In this document: piece by piece, positions 1 to 11,145 of the stretch
How positions within the stretch are numbered: position 1 is the stretch's first letter
Layout of the letters: each line of letters opens with the position of its first letter
DNA from: Fonticula alba ATCC 38817
Lineage: Eukaryota; Protista; Nucleariida
Length of the DNA stretch: 27,197 nt
Assembly (NCBI GenBank): GCA_000388065.2
Contig: KB932203.1
Reading direction: 5' to 3' (one strand)
Translations under genes and position numbers: made by a program
Notes under the pieces: generated by a model
What the model was told of the DNA's origin: nothing
The model's input: only the letters and a program-made list of their open reading frames with translations
Databases searched by the model: none

Positions 1-21
1 CCCCCCCCCCCCCCCAAAAAG

Positions 22-1160
22 GCGGCCACGTCTCCGACGTCTTCGCACACCATGACAACCTGGTCATCCACCAGGGCGCCGGCTTCGGGGCCCTCTCGCC
101 CGAGCGGCCGGCCACCTCGCGTGGCGGCATGCGCGACCACAATGTCTCCCAGATCTCCATGGCCCCGGTGCAGGACACCGACCCCGCGTCATCGCCCGGG
201 TCCGAGCGCTTTGCCGGACGGTCGTTCTTCGGCGAGGACGCGCCGGAGGCCCCGCGCTCGCCCACCTCGGCCGAGGTGACTGCCGCCCGGCGTTTCGCCA
301 GCCAGGTCGGCTTCGGCCCGGTGGAGGACCCCTCGACCGCGGCTCCCATCGATCCGAATGCCCCGCAGACGGACTTCCAGCGGAATCGCACCCGGCACAC
401 CACCTCCAATGTGGGCTTCGCCGGGCCGGAGGACGCGGTCCCCGCATCGCCCGGCGGCCCGGGCGGCTTCGGTGGCGGTCCGCGCGGTTCCAACCTCGGG
501 GTCTGTGACGGGTCCTTCTCCTCTCCCGGGGCCGAGGCCCTGGTGCCGGGGGTGGCCGCCTCGCCGGCGCGCTTCGCCGGAGCCGGCCAGCGCCTGGTTT
601 TCGAGGAGTCCATTGAGGATTACCAGCAGCATCTGGCCGAGCAGCGCGCGGCCGAGGAGCAGTCCAAAGCCGAGCAGCGCTCCCGGGCCGCCGGCTTCGG
701 GGGGTTCATTGCTTTTGATGCGGCGGCCCCGGCGGCCGCCGGGGCCGGAGCCTCCGGCAGCCCGCGCCAGACCGCCAGCACCGGGTCCGCCTTCGGCGGG
801 CAGCTGGACCACATGCCGGCCGGGGCCGGCCCCACCGATGACCCGGCCACCGCCGGGCGCTCCTTCAGCAGCCTCGCGGCCCCGGTGCCGGAGTCCCCGC
901 AGCGCCGCCGGGCCCCGGTATCCTCGGCCCAAACGCACAACCACTCGTCCCTGCTCCTGGCCGATGGTGACCCCGCTTATGAGCATGTCCACCGGCCGGG
1001 CCGGCGGTCGGCGGCCGACGTCCTGGCCGAGGAGTCCGCTCCGGTGGCCGAGGACCCGGTCACCCCCGCCCCGGCGGCGGCCACCGCCGCTGCCACCATC
1101 ACCACCACCACCGCCACCACGGCCCCAGTTGAGCGTGGCTTCGGCACTTCCTTCTGGTGA
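22..1160 (+). CDS. Terminal exon of a 5'-truncated gene; disordered protein with short internal repeats
   Basis: A poly-C tract and AAAAG| acceptor end at 21. The frame is open from 22 (GGHVSDVFAHHDNLVIHQG...) through the 129..1160 ORF to TGA. Sequence is P/A/G/S-rich with no recognisable domain. Confidence 0.6.
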
Positions 1161-1334
1161 TGCGGGTGTGCATATGCACATGCGCCCATGCACATGCGCA
1201 CACGCGCATGGAGGTCCACCCCTGCGCTTGCCCGGCTGTCACAACCTATTTATGTGTTCGTGGCCCTCCCTCCTCCGTCCCCCCCCCCCACCTGCAAGTG
1301 GAGAGGAAAGGGCGGGCCAGGATACTTGTATGTG

Positions 1335-4300
1335 CTAGGTGCTGGTGTCCACCAGGAAGGGGAAGGTCCGGTACATGCTGGCAATCACCTGCAGAGCCTG
1401 GTTCCGGTGGCAGGCAGCCATGGCATCCATGCCACGCTGGAGCGCATGCACCGAGGCCGTGACAAAGCGCTCGATGTCGTCGCAATCCCGGAGGAAGGTC
1501 TGCCGGAGTTGCGCCGCCCGGGGGAGCCCGGCCCGCCGGGCCGCCCGGCGAAGGATCTCCACTTCGATGAGAACCCGCCCATACAGCCGGATGTCCGCCG
1601 TGCTGAGCAGGTCGATCGAGTGCAGCGCCTGCCCGGCAAAGCCCGGAGTCGGGGCCAGGACATCCAAGGCCAGGGCACTGCTGCCGCCGGCCAGGGGTCC
1701 GCCCGGTGCTCCGACCGGCGGCACCCCGCGCCCATGCTCGCTGATGCTGTCCGAGAACCCGTGCCCCGAGTGGGGATGCCGGTGAAAGGCCCCCGGCGAC
1801 AGGGGCGACACGTCGTCCGGGCTCCCAGCCTGGGACGGCCCGCCGGCCGGGGCCGCGGCGCCCGACCGATCGGCCGGCGTGGCGGCCGTGCTCGTCAATA
1901 GCAATGTGTCGGCCGAGGAGGCGAAGGAATTGATGAGCGTTCGCTCCAGGCCGCGCATGGACTCGCACAGGTGCAGCTGCGCCTCGCGGGCCGAAGTGGA
2001 CAGGCCGCGCGCCCGGCGCAGGGCATTCCGCAGGCCCCACAGCGTGGCCAGCACCAGGGCCGTGGCCGGGGTCACGGCCACCAGCGCGAAGTTCAGGGTA
2101 TTGGCGCGGAGCAGCCGGTCGACCGCCGCCAGGGCCGTTTCCAAGTCCACACGGGTCTTTTGCACCTGGATCAGCAGCAGCCGCGGCAGGGGCCCGATGA
2201 CGGCCGACAGCAGGGGCCGACGGGTTTCGCGCTCGAAGGCCGCATTGACGATGGCCATGTCCTGCAACTCCGGGGCCAATTCCCCGCCGGCCGGATTGAG
2301 CCGCGCATCGGACAAGTCGAAGACACCGTCCCGGCCGCCGGCGCCCTCCAGGTCCAGCTGGTTTTCGACCCCGGGCGTCAGGAGCCGCAGCAGCATCGGC
2401 GGCTCCCGTTGGCGCTCCGCCTCCGCATAGGCGGTCACCATGCGCTCCAGCAGGGCCCGGTCCAATTCCAAGGACCCTTCATTGATCATGCGCAGTTGCC
2501 CGGCCCCGGGGCCGCCCCCCCGGCCGCCGTACTTCACCGTGTCATAGACATCCAGCAGCGGAGCCACCACCCAGTCGGTCAGCAGGCGCCGGGCCAGCAG
2601 GACCGCCTCCTGGGCCAGATTGGCCACCGTCGGCTGGAAGGAGGCCAGCCGCCCGAGAATCGGCCCGGCGGCCAGGGTCCCGGCCAGCAGCGGCAGCCAG
2701 TACCGAAGTAGCAGCCGCGGCGGCCGGTGCGCCCGCAGGATGTGCATGGTCCGGAAGCTGAACTGCGATGCGGCCATGTTCACCTCGCGCAGGAGCTCCG
2801 GCCCGAGGGCGTCGTCACCCGGCGGCCGGGCCGGGGCCAGGGCCGCGAAGTCCGGCCGCTGGCTGGCCGACAGCCGCGACAGTCGGTCATGCTGGTGCTG
2901 GTGCTGGTGCTGCTGCTGCAGGGTGGTGCCGGACTCCGGCTGGGGCTCCTCCTCGAAGTCGCTGCCGGCGCCCCCGGTGCCGGGGCCCTCGCCGCGGTCG
3001 GCGGCCGCGGCCGCCTGCGCGAAGAAGTCCATCGACCCGGCCGCGGCGAAGGCCGTCTCCGGGTAGTAGGTGTCGTCGGCGAAGATGCGCCGCCAGAACC
3101 CCTGGTTCGGGGCATGGGTGCTGGTCTCCGGCAGGGACAGGGCGCAGCACACATCCGTCAACACCAGGGCCGCATAGTCGCGCAATTGGTCCGGCGCCCG
3201 GGGAGCCCCAATGTCCCGGGCCACCGCGTCATTCAGCAGGCTGACACTGAGGGCCACCGAGCCGAGGGCATCGTGCACCTGTTGCCGAGCTCGCCGGAGC
3301 AGGCGCAAGTGCCCGATGGCCAGCCACTCCGTGTGCCGGCCCAAGCGCCAGCCGAAGGGGAAGAGTTCGACCGCGGCCATGGCCAGCGGGCGCCAGGACT
3401 TCGGGGTGCCGGCGGGGTCCGGCACGTGCGGGCCCCGGCTTGGCCAGGCACCGGCCGGCGGGGTGGCCCGGTCGGTGGGTGGCAGCCCGGCGGGGCTGCC
3501 GGCGGTCCCGGCCCCGGCCCCGGCCCCGGCCCCGGCCCCGTCCGCGTCCGCGTCCGCGTCCCCAGCCGGGTGCCCGCCGCGCAGGAACCCCGGGAGCCGT
3601 GGCGACAGGTCATGCTCATAGCGCTGGCGATACATGGACCCGGTGCGCGCGGCCCAGGCCGCCAGGAAGCGCACATACCGCAGACGGCCTCCACTGACCA
3701 GGATGTCGGCCGACGGGGCTGTCGAGAGGACCCCGAGGCGGATCAGCTGGCTGAGCAGGGCCCGCAGCAAGATGCGCCCCAGGTCCACCGGCACCTGCTG
3801 CAGCCGTAGGAGGAAGAGCCACTGCGAGGAGGACCGGTGCAGGCAGCCCTGCCACCAGTCCAGCAGATCGCCGCTGCGACCGCCGCGCGCGGCCAACGCC
3901 CGCCCGGCCGACCCGGCGATGGCCACCGCGCACTTGGCCAGGATGAATGCCTGCAGGGCCTCCTCCAAGCGGCCGGCATCCACATCGGGGTCCGTCTCGT
4001 CCGGCGAGTCGGCCAGCAGGATGTCCTGCGGGCCGGCCGGGCCGCCGGCGGCCGCGGCCCCGCTGGTCCCGGCGTCATCCGGCCCGCCGCCGGCCGCGGC
4101 CGAGTCATCCGGGGCCGAGGCCGAGGCCGTGCGCGAGGCCGGGCCCCCGGCCCCCGGCCCGGCGTGCGCCTGCAACAGCCGCCGCCCGGTCAGCGACCGC
4201 TTGAGCCCCGGGCGCGTCAGCCAGTCGATCAGATCCGACGCCGGGTGCCCGAGGACCCCGGGCCCCGGGCGAGCGGCGCCCAGCCCGGAGGACAGGGAAG

Positions 4301-4673
4301 ACCGCCGGGTGCCCGGGTGCGTGGGGGCCGGTGTCGCCGGCCCGGTGGCCAGGTCCGGCTCCTCGAGGCCGTCGGTGTCGGCCTCAGGGGATCGCGCGGC
4401 GAGGGCCGCCTCGGCCGCCTGCTCGCGCTGCCGGCGGATGATCTCCTGCAGCTCCAGCCACAGGGCCGCCACGTCCTGGATCTCCTGGACATGGCTGCTT
4501 GGGGAGAAGCTCCGGTCCAGGCCGCCGCCGGCCGCATCCGACATGACCAGCCGGCTCAGCGACCGGGAGATGTCCTCCGCGCGTGGGCCGTATACCCGGT
4601 GGACCTGCCTCCACCAGGAGGCCGACACCCGGGCGTCAAGCGACCGGGACACCCGCCGGACCGTGCTGTCCAT
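1335..4673 (-). CDS. NCA2: Nuclear control of ATPase protein 2 (NCA2/DGS1 family), single exon, 1112 aa
   Basis: C-terminal half has family-typical blocks: WVVAPLLDVYDTVKYG, SLELDRALLERMV, RLLLIQVQKTRVDLETALAAVDRLLRANTLNFALVAVTPA. The ORF is uninterrupted. Confidence 0.88.
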   Translation of the reverse strand: MDSTVRRVSRSLDARVSASWWRQVHRVYGPRAEDISRSLSRLVMSDAAGGGLDRSFSPSSHVQEIQDVAALWLELQEIIRRQREQAAEAALAARSPEADTDGLEEPDLATGPATPAPTHPGTRRSSLSSGLGAARPGPGVLGHPASDLIDWLTRPGLKRSLTGRRLLQAHAGPGAGGPASRTASASAPDDSAAAGGGPDDAGTSGAAAAGGPAGPQDILLADSPDETDPDVDAGRLEEALQAFILAKCAVAIAGSAGRALAARGGRSGDLLDWWQGCLHRSSSQWLFLLRLQQVPVDLGRILLRALLSQLIRLGVLSTAPSADILVSGGRLRYVRFLAAWAARTGSMYRQRYEHDLSPRLPGFLRGGHPAGDADADADGAGAGAGAGAGTAGSPAGLPPTDRATPPAGAWPSRGPHVPDPAGTPKSWRPLAMAAVELFPFGWRLGRHTEWLAIGHLRLLRRARQQVHDALGSVALSVSLLNDAVARDIGAPRAPDQLRDYAALVLTDVCCALSLPETSTHAPNQGFWRRIFADDTYYPETAFAAAGSMDFFAQAAAAADRGEGPGTGGAGSDFEEEPQPESGTTLQQQHQHQHQHDRLSRLSASQRPDFAALAPARPPGDDALGPELLREVNMAASQFSFRTMHILRAHRPPRLLLRYWLPLLAGTLAAGPILGRLASFQPTVANLAQEAVLLARRLLTDWVVAPLLDVYDTVKYGGRGGGPGAGQLRMINEGSLELDRALLERMVTAYAEAERQREPPMLLRLLTPGVENQLDLEGAGGRDGVFDLSDARLNPAGGELAPELQDMAIVNAAFERETRRPLLSAVIGPLPRLLLIQVQKTRVDLETALAAVDRLLRANTLNFALVAVTPATALVLATLWGLRNALRRARGLSTSAREAQLHLCESMRGLERTLINSFASSADTLLLTSTAATPADRSGAAAPAGGPSQAGSPDDVSPLSPGAFHRHPHSGHGFSDSISEHGRGVPPVGAPGGPLAGGSSALALDVLAPTPGFAGQALHSIDLLSTADIRLYGRVLIEVEILRRAARRAGLPRAAQLRQTFLRDCDDIERFVTASVHALQRGMDAMAACHRNQALQVIASMYRTFPFLVDTST

Positions 4674-4723
4674 GTCGCCGACTCGGGGGAGGTGCGGGGG
4701 ACTGGGGCAGGGGGGTGGGGGGA

Positions 4724-4762
<39 letters not shown>

Positions 4763-4781
4763 TGTGTGTGTGTGTGTGTGC
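4724..4781. repeat. Compound microsatellite (GCGT)n(GT)n just upstream of NCA2
   Basis: Read directly from sequence. Confidence 0.95.
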
Positions 4782-5313
4782 GGTGTATGCGGTGGCCCGC
4801 GTCCTTTGTCAGGAGGGGGGGACGGGAACGAGGGCAAAGGAGGGGAGTCAATCGGAGGCTGGGCTACCTCGACCCCTCGCGCGAGCTGCGCCGCGGCGCC
4901 CTTTTTTTCTCGGGTCCTGCCCAGGGGCCCTGGCGGGGATGGCGGCCGGGGCTGGGCGCGCTCACGGGGGGGGGCTGCGGTCTCTGCCCGCCCCCCCCCC
5001 CCCCCCCCCCCGCGCGACAGCCATCCGTCGCCGGCTATCTCCCAGGCCCCGGAGGGAAAGCGCGTCCTCGCGGCCACGGCCACATCCCGGGGCTGCGACC
5101 TGGGCGCCCCGCCCCAGGTCCGCGCAATCTAGACCCCAGTGTCCCCTGTGGTGTGCGCGGGCAGGCGCGCGTCCCGGGCCTGGCAATCCGCCCCCCCCGG
5201 GCCGCGCACGCCCCATCGCGGCCTAAACGTGTTCACCACCCCAGGGCAACGCGCGCCCCATACGGGCGGCTATCATGTGCCAACGAAGGGGTGTATTATC
5301 TCCGGCGCGCCGG

Positions 5314-6745
5314 CTAAAAGAGCACGGCCCCGCTGGAGCCGTGCTGGCCGGGGTCTGGTCCCCCAGCAGCGCCCAGCATCAGGTCCTCGGCGGGGCCGGG
5401 CCCAGGACCGTGGTGGTAGCGGTGGAGCTGGTCAGGCCCTGCGCCCGGGCCCTGGCGAACCGGAGTCAGTGGCCCCTCCGCCAGGGAGGGAGGGCCACCG
5501 GCCTCGTGCAGGGCGACCCCGGCCCCGGTGAAGGACCCGGCCAGGGGGAGGCCCAGTGCAGCCGGATCGGCCGGCGTGTCCAGCAAACCGTGCCGATGGA
5601 GGCGCTCTTCGAAGCTCGGCGAGCGCCCAAGCTGCAGGACACTGGCGGCCGGCGACCCGCCTGCCAGGGTGGCCCCGACATCCAGCGAGAAATCCGACCG
5701 GCGCTCCCCGGCGAAGGGGCTGGCACAGGAGGCCGCCACGCGTGCCGCGTCCAGGGCGGACTTGAGCGAGGCATTCTCCTGGTTTAGCCGGGTGATCTCC
5801 AGCGTCAAGGCCCGGACGATGGCCTGCGAGTCGGCCGCCGCCGTGGAGGAGGGCTGGGCATTTCCCCGGGCCGCGGGTTTGCATGTGTGTGTGTGTGTGT
5901 GTGTCCGTGCGCATGGACGTGTGAGTGGGCGCATGGCCGCCAGGATGGATACATGGGGGAGCCCACGCCGGGACGTACCGGGGTCGGCGTGGACGAGGCA
6001 TAGCCGCCCATGCGCGAGATCATGCTCGATGGGGAGGAGAAGAAACTGCGCACGGCACCGGTGGCTGGCGCCGGTGGCGGCGGTGGCGAAAAGGGCCCGG
6101 CGCACGCCGCGCACAGGGCCCCGTTCCCGGGCGAGGGAGGTCGCTCGGCCGAGGCCGTGCGCAGGCGGATGATCTCCAGGGCGATGGGCCGCAGCCGGGG
6201 CGGCAAGGCGCGCAGGTCGCCCCGCAGGATGGCCTCCGATCGGGCGGCATACTCGTCCGGCTCGGCGGCCGGGAGGTCGCCATCCGGCGTGGCCGGGCGT
6301 TCGCCGGCCAGTGGAGACTCCGGCGAGCCGAGCCCCGAGCCCGGGTCCGGGCCGTCGGACACCGCCGGGCTGGAGGCCGCGGCTGTGTTGCTGCTGCTGC
6401 TGCTGCTGCCCCCGGCGGCGGACAGACTGGTCGACGCGTCGGCCGCCAAATTTTCCAGTGCCCGGACCAGGCCGACGATCGGCGACTCGGCTGCTGTGAA
6501 GGTGGCCCCGGCCCCGGTGGCGCCCATGCTCGGGGCCAGGGCCGCGGCCACGATCGATGACAGCGGCTCCGTGGACACCGGGTGGCTGGGGGAAGGTTGA
6601 GCGCCTGGCGTGCGCCCGGCGGTCCGCTGGGCCGGGAAGGCATCGGCATCGGCCGACGGCCCGAGCAAGCCAAAGCACAGTAGTGACATGGTAGACGCCA
6701 GGCGTGCGGCGTCCTGCTTGGCCCGTGTGCTGGCAGGCTGGGGGT

Positions 6746-6784
<39 letters not shown>

Positions 6785-7380
6785 CATGGAGGAGAGGGGA
6801 TCATGCGATGCCGAAGAAGGTCGACGAGAGGAGAAAGATTAGTGCCCGGAAATCAACAACCAGAGGGAAGATCGGGGGAGGGGGGGGGGGGGGGACGGGA
6901 GAGAGAGAGAGAGAGAGAGAGAGGGGTAGGGAGCAGGGGACTGCGGGCACCCATATCCGCGGGCATATGCATCTATACGTGTGTGCGTGTGCGTGTGTGC
7001 GCATGCCAGCATGGGCGTTCACGCACCGGCAGTGACACCAGCGGCCCGAGGGCCCGCTTTGCCTCGGTCAACATGGTGGACATCTTGGCGATGGCATCGG
7101 CCACGTCCCGGTCAAAGGCATCAGATGCCGCGGCCCCGGCGCCAAGGGGTGGCGGCCCCCCGGGGCGCAATAGCGCCGGCAGGGACCCAAGGTCCCCGGC
7201 GTCCGGGGCCTCGTCATCGTCGCTGTCGGCGATCGGCCCGAGAGCAAGCACATCGCCATGGTGATGGTCGGTATCCGAATCCGAAAGGACCGGGTCCAGG
7301 CCCAGCGACAGGGACTCCGGCGACTGGCCGGCAGCCGACGGGTCCTCCGGCGTGGCAGAGACGGGGGGCGGGACTGGCAT
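5314..7380 (-). CDS. Hypothetical ~550 aa protein with coiled coil; exons 7380-7027, 6737-5979, 5853-5314
   Basis: Donors GTGCGT (7026) and GTACGT (5978). The first acceptor has GCTGAC..CCCCAG (6738); the second is GCCCAG (5854). All introns are phase 0 and the total is 1653 nt. The last exon has a heptad segment (IVRALTLEITRLNQENASLKSAL). Start codon is uncertain. Confidence 0.6.
6749..6922. repeat. Intronic (GT)n, poly-G and (GA)n tracts
   Basis: Read directly from sequence; they lie in intron 6738-7026. Confidence 0.9.
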
Positions 7381-7573
7381 GGCAACAGGCCGCGACCAGG
7401 CGGATGCGTGTGTGCGTGTGTGCGTGGGCGGGGGGGGGGGAGCGGGCGGAGGAGAGGGATGCGGGAGGGAGGCAGCGGGCAGGGGCAGGGAAGGAGAAAA
7501 ACCTCTGTCCCCCCCCGGCGGCGGGAGGCGCCGGCCGGCCCCGAGCCGCCGAGCGAAAAAAGACCTGCTCCGG

Positions 7574-7598
7574 NNNNNNNNNNNNNNNNNNNNNNNNN
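7574..7598. other. Assembly gap (25 N)
   Basis: Run of N. Confidence 1.
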
Positions 7599-7875
7599 CC
7601 CCGCCCTGCAAGCACGCCCTGCCCTCGGTGCACCGACCTTTCGGGGTCGTGCGGGGCTCCCATTGCTGTGGCCGGGGCCGCGCCGAGTCAAAGGCAACAG
7701 CAACAGCAACAGCAACAGCAGCAGCGACAACGGCAGCCACTCTCCCCCGCTGCTGCTTCGGTCGTGCCGGGTGCGGACGCCGGCGGCACTCTAGTTGGTG
7801 GGCGGGGGCCAAGGAGCGGGCCACATCCGTTGGCAGTATCCATGGAGCACGGCAAACACAAGAAAGGAAGAATGT

Positions 7876-7893
7876 TTAAGAGTGCCGTGTCAG
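7876..7893 (+). promoter_or_regulatory. Candidate tRNA upstream element TTAAGAGTGCCGTGTCAG
   Basis: 14/18 identical to 14902-14919, which lies upstream of the second tRNA at nearly the same offset. Confidence 0.5.
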
Positions 7894-7912
7894 TGGGCAG
7901 TTCCCATCGGAA

Positions 7913-7984
7913 TCCCGATTAGTATAGTGGTGAGAATCCCCGCCTGTCACGCGGGAGGCCCGGGTTCAATTCCCGGATCGGGAG
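7913..7984 (+). tRNA. tRNA-Asp(GUC): tRNA-Asp (GUC), intronless, 72 nt
   Basis: Acceptor stem TCCCGAT/ATCGGGA, A-box TAGTATAGTGG, anticodon arm CCCGC-CTGTCAC-GCGGG, B-box GGTTCAATTCC. Confidence 0.97.
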
Positions 7985-7987
7985 AAC

Positions 7988-7991
7988 TTTT
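7988..7991 (+). terminator. Pol III oligo-T terminator of tRNA-Asp
   Basis: TTTT begins 4 nt after the discriminator base. Confidence 0.7.
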
Positions 7992-8742
7992 GCCCCCTTT
8001 CCGGGCGCGGGGGCGAAACGGGCTTCTGATCGGGGGGATGTGCCCTGCTTTTTGTCGCCGAGAAAAACACGTCCGTCGGACGTGGAGAGGGGAGTCTGCG
8101 GAGAGACTTTTGCAGGGCGACGACGGAGGGGGGAAGACTCCGCCGTATGTTGATCCGCCCCCCCCCCCCCCGGTCTAAGGATGGAAAACGCGGCCTCCAT
8201 CCGTCCCTAAACGGCAGGCGCGCCACGGCGGGGTTACGATCCCCCTCCCGGGGGGGCGGGGGGCCGAGCGTGTCGGCCGATCAGCCTGTTCGCAGGTGCG
8301 CAACACCCAGGGGGTGGGGGCCACGGCACATAGGACGCACTGCCTCCCCGCCCGTTTCCGGAGGAGGTTCATCGCGTCAAATTACGTGGACAGATTTTTC
8401 AAAAAGACAAGATACAATTCCCGGCGGATGTTCCCTCCCAGCGGACCGGGGCGGGTCCCGGTCCAGCCCCAAGTTCCCAGCTGTTCATTGTGTGTGTGTG
8501 TGTGTGTGCGGCCTAGAATCGGGAGGGAACGATGACAACCACGACCGCGGCCCTACCTGGCGCGGGAGAGGTCCCCCCCCCCCCCTCCGTCTGTTCTTGC
8601 CCCAGGGTACCCCCCTCTCAAGGGCCACCCACTCCGGTGCTCGGTGCCAGTCGGGCATGTAGACAGACTTTTTCTCCGCATCCGTCCGGTTTTCGCGCCG
8701 CCGCCTCACTCCCTCCACCCCGCCCCGTTTCCCCACTCCCTG

Positions 8743-8835
8743 CTCTCTCTCTCTCTCTCTCTCTCTCCCTCTTTCTCTCTCTCTCTCTCTCCCTCTTTCT
8801 CTCTCTCTCTCTCCCTCTTTCTCTCTCTCTCTCTC
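8743..8835. repeat. Interrupted (CT)n microsatellite immediately 5' of the FAF2 ATG
   Basis: Read directly from sequence. Confidence 0.95.
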
Positions 8836-8841
8836 CCCGCC

Positions 8842-11111
8842 ATGGACTACCTGAGCGAGGACCAGCTTAATCTCGTCCTCTCGCTGCAGGTCCGCCTCGC
8901 CTCCCCTCGCCACGTTTCTCCTTTCGCGCCGGGCTCACGCACTGACACTCTGCCCCCCCGCCACCTGAAGGCGATCGCCAGCGAGCCGGACTTTGAGACA
9001 TGCATGTCGGTGTTGATCCAGAATGACTGGGATCTCGAGGTACCTGCTCCTCGCCGCCGCCCCCTTTTCACCTGCCTGCCCATGGCTAACTTCGCGCGCC
9101 CCCCCCCCCGCCCCCCCGCCCCCCCCGCCCCCTGCCACCTGCCCTGCCCTGATGCCACTTCGACCCAGGCAGCCATGGAGCACCTAACTCAGCAGCGCCC
9201 GGTGGCCGACCTGGCCAGCCTGCAGAGCCAAATGTCCGCCACGCACCCTGCAGCCTACTACGTCGACTCGTCCTCCGACGGGGACGCATCTTCCTCCAGC
9301 GACCAGGAGGATGGCCACCTGCTGGACTCCGACTCGGACTCCGACTCGGATTCCACCTCCGACGTGGAGGCCAGCGCCCGGCGTCGGATTGCCCAGGCCC
9401 ATGCCGCACACCGGGCAGTCCTGGAGGCCACAGCCCGGCCCGGCACCGGGGGCAGCCACATTCGGGCGTCCTCCTCCGGGTCTGGCAGCCCGGGCCCGCG
9501 GCGCTCCCTGCTCAACATCCTCTCCTTTGTGTATTACTCCCTGGCACAGACGCCCCCCTTCTTGAACAACCTCCCCCGGCCGCTCTCGTACACGCCCATC
9601 CGCCTGGTTCTCAATGTGGCCTGGAGTGTGCTGGTGTTCAGCCTGCGCGCGCCGCTCTTCGTGGCCATGAGCATCATCTCCCCCTCGTGTGCGCCAAGTC
9701 GCTTTTGCCCCTGCCTGCGGTCCTGTGTTCTCGCGCACGGGCGCGCGCGCATGCGAGTCCGTGGCCCCACTGACATGTGCCTCTATTCCCGGTTTCCGTC
9801 TGTGCCCCTCTCTCCTTCCCTCCCTCCCCCCCCCCCCCCCCCCCCCCCCCCCGCCCTTCCCCGCGCAAACCCGCACGTGTCCGCCACACAGCCCTCCGCG
9901 AGCCGGACACCTCCCGTCAGACCCCTACTCAGGTTGCCCGGCGCTTTTCCCTGGACTTCTCCGAGAACTATGTGTCCAACCCGGAATCCGCCAACCAGCT
10001 GAATTTCTTCGAAGGGTCCTTTGTCGAGGTGCGCCATCCTCTGGCTCTGTCTTCTACCCTGTCTATTCATCTCGCCTGCCAGGTCTCTCCTGTTCCCTGA
10101 TTCCCACTGACCAGGCCCCCCTCTGCCCTCTGCCGCTGTCCGCCCTTCTCTCCCTCGGTCTCGCCGCCGGCCGTAGGCCCTCGACCGCTCGGAGATGGAT
10201 GCCTCCTTCCTGGTGGTCTACCTCCACAGCCCGGACCAGCCACTGACGCCGATCTTTTGCCGCGACGTCCTGGCGTCGGCGGATTTCCTGGACCTCATGC
10301 GTCGGCCGCTGCCGTCCTTCGCCGGGCTCGGGCTCGATGCCGATGAGGAAGCCGACCAGGCGTCCGATATGGCCGGGGCCGATGACAAGCCCCCCTTCCT
10401 CCTTTGGGGCGGCACGGTCCTGGAGAAGGACGCCTACCATGTGGCCGTGTCCAGCAATGTCCTGGCATATCCCTTCCTGGCGGTGCTGAAGATGGCCCGT
10501 GGCGAGACCACGGTCTTGGCTCGCATCGATGGGTTCCCCTCGTCCTTCTTCCAGTCGGCGGCGGCGGCGGCGGCCACGCCCGGGACAGCGGACGCCTCGG
10601 CCGCCACCGACACCACTGGTGACGGCCGCGGTCCGGCCATGCGGCGCTTTGTCCTGCAGCGCTTGCGTGACGTGTTGACCACCTTCGGCCCGGAGCTATC
10701 GCAGATCCGGTCTACCCGGTACGTTTTGTCTTTCCGCCTTTCCCCCCCCCTCCCCCCCTGATCATGGTCTCCCTCTCCCCGCGTGCCGGCCCGGAGGCTC
10801 TTGCCCCCGCGCCTCCCCCCCCCCCCCCCCCCCAGCAAGACACACACTGACCTCGCGGCGGGGCGCCCCTTCGGCCATGGCGGTCACACAGCGCCGCGCA
10901 GCGCCGCGCGCGCGTCACCAATGCCGATATCATCCAGCAGCAGCGGCGGGAGTATTTGGAATCGATCGAGATCGATCGGCGTCGCCGCGAGGAGGAAGAG
11001 GCGGCTCAGCGCCAGCAGCGCGAGCTCATCGAGCAGGAGGAGGCCCGGGCCGCACGCGAGGCGGCCGCCCGTCTCGAGCGCCAGCAGGCCCGCCAGAACC
11101 GTCGGGATATG

Positions 11112-11145
<34 letters not shown>

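Noticed and set aside
6826-6845. GAGGAGAAAGATTAG, resembling the U6/U6atac ACAGAGAAGAUUAG region
   Set aside because: No ACAGAGA box, downstream ISL or U-tail; it is the antisense of an intronic pyrimidine tract.
7831-7840. TGGCAGTATC, matching part of the U4 snRNA 5' region
   Set aside because: No K-turn, stem I or Sm site nearby; a 10-nt match is expected by chance.
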